Assembly: GCA_046484135.1 (NCBI GenBank)
Contig: JAWOBU010000159.1
Location: forward strand, 1-16,026
Length of the DNA stretch: 16,026 nt
Direction: 5' to 3'
Origin: a bacterium
GTDB lineage: Bacteria > RBG-13-61-14 > DATKZS01
Notes under the pieces: model-generated
Told to the model about the DNA's origin: nothing
Database searches by the model: none
What the model saw: the letters and a program-made list of their open reading frames with translations, nothing else
Shown: positions 1-5,744 of the stretch, piece by piece
How the letters are laid out: the number at the start of each line of letters is the position of its first letter
Position numbering within the stretch: the first letter of the stretch is position 1
Position numbers and translations under genes: made by a program

Positions 1-2
1 CT

Positions 3-836
3 TTGGTGGTCGCAGACCTCGAACGCAGGGAAACCGGCTACCTGGAAGAGGTGGTCGAGCTGGAAGCCAGGAAAGCCGGCTACTTCATGAACAGAAATGA
101 GACGGCAAACCGGATTGACGCGCCCCGCGACCGAATCGGACAGGCCGCGCAGAAGCTGGCGGAAAAAGGAAAAGTAGTGATCCTGCCGCCCAAAAAAGAC
201 CCCTGGATCATCCACGCCGAGGGGTGGGAAAGATTGAAAAACCGCGTCATAAACATCCTGAAGAAGCACCACCAGGCGCTCCCCCAGCTCGAGACCGGTC
301 TCTCCGAGCAGGAGCTCCGCGACAAGCTCTCCCGCGAGACCGGGGCGTACTTTCCGGGGGACGCCTTTCACAACGCTCTGCAACGGCTGGCGGAGGACCA
401 GGTGCTTAAGGTAGTGGAGTCCACTTACGCGCTTTCCGAGCATTCCGCGAGCCTGGCCGAGTCAGACCAGGCGGCACTGGCCCGCATCAGGGCCATGTAC
501 GCGGACAACCCGCTTTCTCCGCCCTTGACCGAAGACGTGTACAAGCAATCTGGCCTGCCCCGCCAGGTGGTCCGGGAGTTCCTGGACAAGCTTATCGAGG
601 ACGGCACTCTTTTACGTGTCAGCAGGGAGTTTTTGTTCGAGGCCGACGCGGTTCGACAGGCCCGCGATACAGTGCTAGAATGTCTTGACCAGCACGGCAG
701 TATAACCGTGGCGCAGTTCCGGGACCTTACCGGAACCACCAGAAAGTACGCGATCCCTCTTTTGAACTACTTTGACAACCAGGGACACACCATAAGGGAG
801 GGGGACTACCGCCGCCAAGGACCACGGCAAGGATAG
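3..836 (+). CDS. selB: Selenocysteine-specific elongation factor SelB, C-terminal winged-helix region (5'-truncated by the window)
   Basis: The C-terminal sequence ITVAQFRDLTGTTRKYAIPLLNYFDNQGHTIREGDYR matches the SECIS-binding last winged helix of SelB. A UCA-anticodon tRNA follows immediately. The frame is open from the window edge, so the start at 3 is probably not the real start. Confidence 0.95.
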   Translation: MVVADLERRETGYLEEVVELEARKAGYFMNRNETANRIDAPRDRIGQAAQKLAEKGKVVILPPKKDPWIIHAEGWERLKNRVINILKKHHQALPQLETGLSEQELRDKLSRETGAYFPGDAFHNALQRLAEDQVLKVVESTYALSEHSASLAESDQAALARIRAMYADNPLSPPLTEDVYKQSGLPRQVVREFLDKLIEDGTLLRVSREFLFEADAVRQARDTVLECLDQHGSITVAQFRDLTGTTRKYAIPLLNYFDNQGHTIREGDYRRQGPRQG

Positions 837-921
837 GGACTGGTGTCCCTACCGGGCTTCAAACCCGGCTGCGGGTAGATAAAACTGCTCGCGGCAGGTT
901 CGATTCCTGCCCTTGCCGCCA
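826..921 (+). tRNA. selC: tRNA-Sec (anticodon UCA)
   Basis: Hand-folded cloverleaf: acceptor GGCAAGG(826-832)/CCTTGCC(911-917); 6-bp D stem AGGGAC/GTCCCT with 4-nt loop TGGT; anticodon stem CCGGG/CCCGG with loop CTTCAAA; long variable arm GCGGGTAG/CTGCTCGC; T arm GCAGG-TTCGATT-CCTGC; G discriminator and encoded CCA. Confidence 0.97.
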
Positions 922-937
922 CTTTTTTATCTTTTTT
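922..937 (+). terminator. T-rich tract after tRNA-Sec, possible end of the selB-selC transcript
   Basis: CTTTTTTATCTTTTTT follows the CCA directly. No separate GC hairpin is present, so the tRNA stems would have to serve as the terminator stem. Confidence 0.35.
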
Positions 938-945
938 GTAGGAAC

Positions 946-1050
946 TTATCCATCGTCATCATCCTTGCCGGAAAGAACGAAGTACAACACCGCGGCCAGG
1001 ATAAAAACCGCCGGAGGAACGGCAAACCACAACCGTGTCCACAAACTCAT
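946..1050 (-). CDS. Small single-pass membrane peptide, 34 aa (MSLWTRLWFAVPPAVFILAAVLYFVLSGKDDDDG)
   Basis: Translated by hand; below the ORF-track size cut-off. ATG at 1050, SD-like AGGTGA (1064-1059) 8 nt upstream, an uncharged run of about 20 residues, then an acidic tail and TAA at 948-946. Confidence 0.6.
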   Translation of the reverse strand: MSLWTRLWFAVPPAVFILAAVLYFVLSGKDDDDG

Positions 1051-1171
1051 CTTGTTTGTCACCTGGAAGGAAGTATGAGCGGACCCCGAAGCGCGCGGTA
1101 GAAATGTTCTCCAGAGTCAAACCGGCGGAGAATGGCTATTTAAAGCCTTAAACAGCGGGTTTGAGAGATTG

Positions 1172-1200
1172 TTGATCTTTTACCATTCTTACTCTATTCT
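1172..1200 (+). promoter_or_regulatory. Putative sigma70 promoter for larA-like gene and gndA
   Basis: TTGATC (1172-1177), 17-nt spacer, TATTCT (1195-1200). SD AGGAG at 1219-1223 precedes ATG 1230. Confidence 0.4.
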
Positions 1201-1229
1201 GAAAAACCGATTTCTTACAGGAGATTCCC

Positions 1230-2489
1230 ATGCTCGGCAAAGGATATGAAAATACGCTCATGCCGCTTTCCGAGGCCGGAGCTGTTGTAGAAGACGCACT
1301 CGCGAGGGCCGATCTGGACGGCAAGACCGTGCTTATCGTGATTCCGGACAACACCAGGAGCGGTCCCCTGCCGTGGTTTTTCAAACGGTTTTGCGAGCTG
1401 CTTTTGCCCCGCGTGAAAAAGCTCGACTTCCTGGTGGCCCTGGGTACGCACCCTCCCCTTTCCGAGGAATCCCTGCAAAAGCTCCTGGGAATTTCAAAAA
1501 AAGAACGAACCTCGAAATACAAAGACGTAGGAATATACAACCACCACTGGGAAAAGCCGGAGACCTTTCGCAAGGCCGGGACCTTAAGCGCCTCCGAGAT
1601 CGAGTCCGTCTCCGGAGGCATGATGAGCATGGAGGTCCCCGTAACCATCAACAAGATGGTCTTCGATTATGACAAGCTCATAATCGCCGGGCCCGTCTTC
1701 CCCCACGAGGTGGTCGGGTTCTCGGGCGGGCACAAGTATTACTTCCCCGGCATAGCCGGCCGCGACATCATAGACTTTACCCACTGGCTCGGAGCGACCA
1801 TTACCAGCATGGAGATCATCGGCACCACTGACACCCCCGTGCGACAGGTGATCGAAAAAGCCGCCGGAATCATGGGTCTCGATACCCTCTGCTTCTGCCC
1901 AGTGGTCAAGGGCGAACACGACCTCGCCGGTCTGTTCGCGGGAGAGCCTTATGAAGCATGGTCCGCGGCGGCAGAGCTGTCCTCCCGCGTCCATATAAAG
2001 TACGTGGAGAAGCCGTATCAGACAGTGCTGTCCATTATGCCCGCCATGTACGAGGACATCTGGACGGGCGCCAAAGGTATGTACAAGCTCGAGCCGGCCG
2101 TTGCGGACGGAGGAGAAGTTATCATCTACGCCCCCCACATAACCGAGGTGTCCTACGTGCACGGCAAGGCCATTGACGAGGTCGGCTACCACGTGCGGGA
2201 CTACTTCTTAAAACAATGGGACAATTTCAAGCACCACTCCTGGTGCGTGCTTGCCCACTCCACCCACCTAAAAGGCACCGGCGTTTTTGAGAACGGGGTC
2301 GAAAAACCGAGGATCAATGTAACCCTGGCCACCGGCATACCAAGGGAGAGGTGTGAAAGGATAAACCTCTCCTATCGTGATCCTGCGAGCATAGACCCGG
2401 AACAGTGGAAGGGACGCGAGGACCGGGGCATACTGGTGGTCGAGCGTGCCGGCGAGATGCTCTACCGGCTTAACTCTTCCCAAAACTGA
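1230..2489 (+). CDS. LarA-family (lactate racemase domain) nickel-pincer-dependent alpha-hydroxy-acid racemase/epimerase
   Basis: Motifs PDNTR, ALGTH and FPHEVVGFSGGHKYYFPG, a His 16 residues after that Lys (DFTHW), and WTGAK reproduce the spacing of LarA catalytic and cofactor-binding residues. SD AGGAG. Confidence 0.88.
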   Translation: MLGKGYENTLMPLSEAGAVVEDALARADLDGKTVLIVIPDNTRSGPLPWFFKRFCELLLPRVKKLDFLVALGTHPPLSEESLQKLLGISKKERTSKYKDVGIYNHHWEKPETFRKAGTLSASEIESVSGGMMSMEVPVTINKMVFDYDKLIIAGPVFPHEVVGFSGGHKYYFPGIAGRDIIDFTHWLGATITSMEIIGTTDTPVRQVIEKAAGIMGLDTLCFCPVVKGEHDLAGLFAGEPYEAWSAAAELSSRVHIKYVEKPYQTVLSIMPAMYEDIWTGAKGMYKLEPAVADGGEVIIYAPHITEVSYVHGKAIDEVGYHVRDYFLKQWDNFKHHSWCVLAHSTHLKGTGVFENGVEKPRINVTLATGIPRERCERINLSYRDPASIDPEQWKGREDRGILVVERAGEMLYRLNSSQN

Positions 2490-2503
2490 CGAGGAGAGAA
2501 TCC

Positions 2504-3928
2504 ATGGAGCCATGCCATATCGGGCTTATCGGCCTCGCGGTCATGGGCCGGAACTTGGTACTGAACCTCGAGTCCAGGGGATATAAAGTAGCGGTTTACA
2601 ACCGCACTGCGGAAAAGACCCGCGAGTTCATGGACGGCGATGCTACAGGAAGAAACATATACTCGGCCGAGGACCTCGCCGGCTTTGCGGGCCTTTTGGA
2701 GAGGCCGAGGCGGATACTGCTCATGGTCCAGGCGGGCGAGCCCGTTGACCGGATGCTGGCCGAGCTGGTCAAGGTACTGGAACCCGGAGATGTTATTGCC
2801 GACGGCGGCAACTCGCATTATAAGGACACCGAGCGGCGGGCCGCGGACCTGCAAGCAAAAGGCATCCACTACTTGGGCGCCGGCATATCCGGCGGCGAAG
2901 AAGGGGCATTGAAAGGTCCTTCCATCATGATAGGAGGCCCGGAGGAAGGCTTCCGGCTTATGGAAGGGCCCATGAGTTCCATTGCCGCGCGGGCGGGTGA
3001 CGAGCCATGCGCGGCCCGGCTCGGCCCCGGAGGAGCGGGCCACCTGGTCAAGATGGTCCACAACGGTATCGAGTACGCCGTCATGCAGGCCATTGCCGAG
3101 GTCTACCACTTCTTGAAAACCGCGGCAGGCATGGAAAACCACGAACTCAGCCGGCAGTTCCAGGAGTACAACCAGGGAGAGCTCCGCTCCTATCTGGTGG
3201 AGATCACCGCCCCCATCTTTGCAAGCAAGGACCCGGAAACCGGCAAGGACATGATAGACGTGGTCCTCGACCAGGCCGGCCAGAAAGGCACCGGCAGGTG
3301 GACGGTCGAGACTGCGCTTACGGCTGCGGTGCCGGTGCCAGTCATCAGCGCGGCAGTGGAAGCGCGGGGGCTCTCCGCCCGCCGCGAACAAAGGATTACT
3401 GCAGCCCGCGCGCTCGGACCTGAGGGGCAAGTCCAACACCGCCTGGAAAAACAACAAGCCGCTGACATGGCGGCCCACGCGCTCCTCGCCTCCATGCTGT
3501 GCGCCTATGCGCAAGGGATGAATCTCCTCCGGGAGATGTCCGGCGAGAGAGGCTATGATATCCCCCTCTCCACCGTGGCCGCCATCTGGCGGGAAGGATG
3601 CATCATCAGGGCGCGTCTTCTGGAAACGATCCGAAAGGCTTATCAGGACATGCCCGACCTGCAGAGCATCCTCTTATACCCGCAGATTGCAAAAAAGATC
3701 ACGGAAGCAAGGAAGGGACTGGCAAAGACGGTTCAAACCGGGGCCGAAAGCGGAATCCCTATGCCCGCCATTAGCGCTTCACTGGCTTACCTGGACGGAC
3801 TGCGCTCCGAGTGGCTGCCCGCCAACTTGATCCAGGCCCAGCGAGACTACTTTGGGGCCCACACCTTCCAAAGGGTGGACAAGGAAGGAACTTATCATCA
3901 CGACTGGCCGAAACCGGATAAAATATAA
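2504..3928 (+). CDS. gndA: NADP-dependent 6-phosphogluconate dehydrogenase (decarboxylating)
   Basis: Motifs IGLIGLAVMGRNL, NRT, DGGNS, SGGEEGA, VKMVHNGIEY, GQKGTGRWT, GCIIRA and NLIQAQRDYFGAHTF; 474 aa; SD GAGGAG at 2491-2496. Confidence 0.97.
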   Translation: MEPCHIGLIGLAVMGRNLVLNLESRGYKVAVYNRTAEKTREFMDGDATGRNIYSAEDLAGFAGLLERPRRILLMVQAGEPVDRMLAELVKVLEPGDVIADGGNSHYKDTERRAADLQAKGIHYLGAGISGGEEGALKGPSIMIGGPEEGFRLMEGPMSSIAARAGDEPCAARLGPGGAGHLVKMVHNGIEYAVMQAIAEVYHFLKTAAGMENHELSRQFQEYNQGELRSYLVEITAPIFASKDPETGKDMIDVVLDQAGQKGTGRWTVETALTAAVPVPVISAAVEARGLSARREQRITAARALGPEGQVQHRLEKQQAADMAAHALLASMLCAYAQGMNLLREMSGERGYDIPLSTVAAIWREGCIIRARLLETIRKAYQDMPDLQSILLYPQIAKKITEARKGLAKTVQTGAESGIPMPAISASLAYLDGLRSEWLPANLIQAQRDYFGAHTFQRVDKEGTYHHDWPKPDKI

Positions 3929-4010
3929 GAACAACTTTTCAAAAGATCGCACTTGAAGATGCAATACAAAGGGACCCCTTTATCTTGTTCAGGAAAATAC
4001 GTATGCCTGT

Positions 4011-4039
4011 TTTTCATTTTCAGATAAAGCTGTTATTTT
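4011..4039 (+). promoter_or_regulatory. Putative extended -10 sigma70 promoter directly before the GTG at 4047
   Basis: TTTTCA (4011-4016), 17-nt spacer, TATTTT (4034-4039) preceded by TG at 4031-4032. No SD lies between it and the start codon. Confidence 0.35.
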
Positions 4040-4046
4040 AAATAAA

Positions 4047-5591
4047 GTGTCTGGAGATCGTATCATAAAGAAGCTGGAGGAGGCGGTAGGCGGGGACAAC
4101 ATCTCAGCACGCCGCCTTGACAAGGGCATCTACAGCCGGGACCTGTGGCCCCGGAACACCATGCTGGTGCAGTTGCTCGAGCTGCCCGCTCCCCCCGAGG
4201 TCGTGGTTTGGCCCGGCAACGTGGACGAGGTCCGGGCAGTGGTCAACATCGCCCGGGAGGCCGGTGCTCCTCTCATCCCCATGGGAGGCGGCTCCGGCGT
4301 TTGCGGTGGTACCGTGACCCTGGGCGATCCCGCCGTCATTATTGACTTAAAACGAATGCGCCGCATCCTCGAGCTTGACGAGAAGTCGCTTACCGTAACC
4401 GCTGAGTCCGGCATCATGGGCGAGATTCTCGAGCGGGAGCTGAACCGCAAGGGCTACACCATGGGGCATTTCCCTTCCTCCATCTACTGCTCGACTTACG
4501 GCGGCTGGATCAGCACGCGGGCCGCGGGTCAGCTTTCCGCCAAGTACGGCAAGATCGAGGACATGCTGATCTCGGTGGAGGCGGTGCTGGCCACCGGAGA
4601 GGTGGTGAAGACCCGGCTCGCTCCGCGCTCCGCTACCGGCCCGGACTGGAACCACGCCTTCTGCGGCGCGGAAGGAACGCTCGGCATCATAACGTCCGCC
4701 ACCTGCCGCATCTGGCCCAGTCCGCGCTCGCGGCTTTTCCAGGCTTTTTCCTTTCCCACGGTGGAGGACGGCCTGGAAGCCGTGCGGCGTATGATGCAGG
4801 CCGAGCTCCGGCCCGCGTGCGTGCGGCTTTACGACCCGGTTGACACCTTCTTTTCCAAGACCAGCAAAATAATGCCGGAAGAGGAGGAAGAGGAGGACAA
4901 GCGCAAAAAAGCGCATGAGCACAAGGACCGGGGATACTGGCCCCGCCGGGTGTTGCCCCGGCTCTTTCGGCCGGCCGCCATCAATCCGCTTATGTCCCGG
5001 CTCGACAGGTCCAAGCTCATCCTCACCTTCGAAGGAAACGACCCGCAACTCACCAGGCTGGAAAAGAGCGAAGCCAAGGGCATCTGCGCCCGCACAGGCG
5101 GCGAAGACCTGGGCGAGGCCCCTGCGGCTCACTGGTGGAAGAAGCGTTACAAGGTGAGCTACACCATGCAGGTCATGTTCGACATGGGCTTTTTCGTGGA
5201 CACTATCGAAGTCGCCACTGTATGGGACAACCTGTCCCTGTTGTATCACGGCATGCGCCGGGCCATCAGCAAGCACGCCCTGGTCATGGCCCATTTCAGC
5301 CACGCCTACCCTCAAGGGTGTTCCATCTACTTCTCGGTGGCGTCCACCGGAAAGAACCGGGAACATAAACTGGAAAGGTATGACCGGGTGTGGGAATCCG
5401 CCCTGGACGCCTGCGTAAGACTGGGAGGAAGCATAAGCCACCATCACGGCGTAGGGGTCCTGAAAAGCAAGTGGCTCGAAGCCGAGCAAGGCGGGGCTTC
5501 TTCTTTTCACCAGGCCCTCAAAAATGCGGCGGACCCGGATCGAATCATCAATCCGGGAAAACTGGGGCTCGGGAAGCTGCAAAGTCAGTGA
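4047..5591 (+). CDS. FAD-binding oxidoreductase (VAO/PCMH fold), alkyl-dihydroxyacetonephosphate synthase-like, paralog 1
   Basis: Motifs PMGGGSGVCGG, GHFPSSIYCSTYGGWISTRAAGQLSAKYGKIEDM, GAEGTLGIIT, RLYD, IYF, SHHHGVG and NPGKL. GTG start. Confidence 0.88.
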   Translation: MSGDRIIKKLEEAVGGDNISARRLDKGIYSRDLWPRNTMLVQLLELPAPPEVVVWPGNVDEVRAVVNIAREAGAPLIPMGGGSGVCGGTVTLGDPAVIIDLKRMRRILELDEKSLTVTAESGIMGEILERELNRKGYTMGHFPSSIYCSTYGGWISTRAAGQLSAKYGKIEDMLISVEAVLATGEVVKTRLAPRSATGPDWNHAFCGAEGTLGIITSATCRIWPSPRSRLFQAFSFPTVEDGLEAVRRMMQAELRPACVRLYDPVDTFFSKTSKIMPEEEEEEDKRKKAHEHKDRGYWPRRVLPRLFRPAAINPLMSRLDRSKLILTFEGNDPQLTRLEKSEAKGICARTGGEDLGEAPAAHWWKKRYKVSYTMQVMFDMGFFVDTIEVATVWDNLSLLYHGMRRAISKHALVMAHFSHAYPQGCSIYFSVASTGKNREHKLERYDRVWESALDACVRLGGSISHHHGVGVLKSKWLEAEQGGASSFHQALKNAADPDRIINPGKLGLGKLQSQ

Positions 5592-5632
5592 ACCGGCACA
5601 TGAAAAACAACTGATACCGTGCGGGTACCGGG

Positions 5633-5656
5633 AGTCGCGACTAAAGTCGCTTGCAC
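5633..5656. repeat. REP-like short palindrome
   Basis: AGTCGCGACT (perfect 10-bp palindrome, 5633-5642) overlaps GCGACT-AA-AGTCGC (5637-5650) in the intergenic gap. Confidence 0.45.
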
Positions 5657-5744
5657 AGAAACTATTTGGCTCTCAAGATACAAAAAGCTCTTGGCTAAGT
5701 GGTGAATGAAACAAAATGAGAACGTGGGTGGACTAATATAAGGT

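Noticed and set aside
685..800. Internal selC promoter within selB (TTGACC 685-690 with TATAAC 701-706; TTGACA 772-777 with CATAAG 791-796)
   Set aside because: Spacers are 10 and 13 nt, incompatible with a sigma70 promoter.
913..1101. 62-aa + strand ORF starting in the tRNA 3' end
   Set aside because: TTG start inside the tRNA, no SD and no recognisable features. The opposite-strand 34-aa ORF explains the region better.
922..1230. Genomic island integrated at selC
   Set aside because: No integrase follows the tRNA, only an 8-bp echo of its 3' end exists, and the downstream genes are metabolic.
3968..3990. Terminator after gndA (AAAGG-GACC-CCTTT then ATCTTGTT)
   Set aside because: The stem is short and AT-rich and the U tract is poor; too weak to call.
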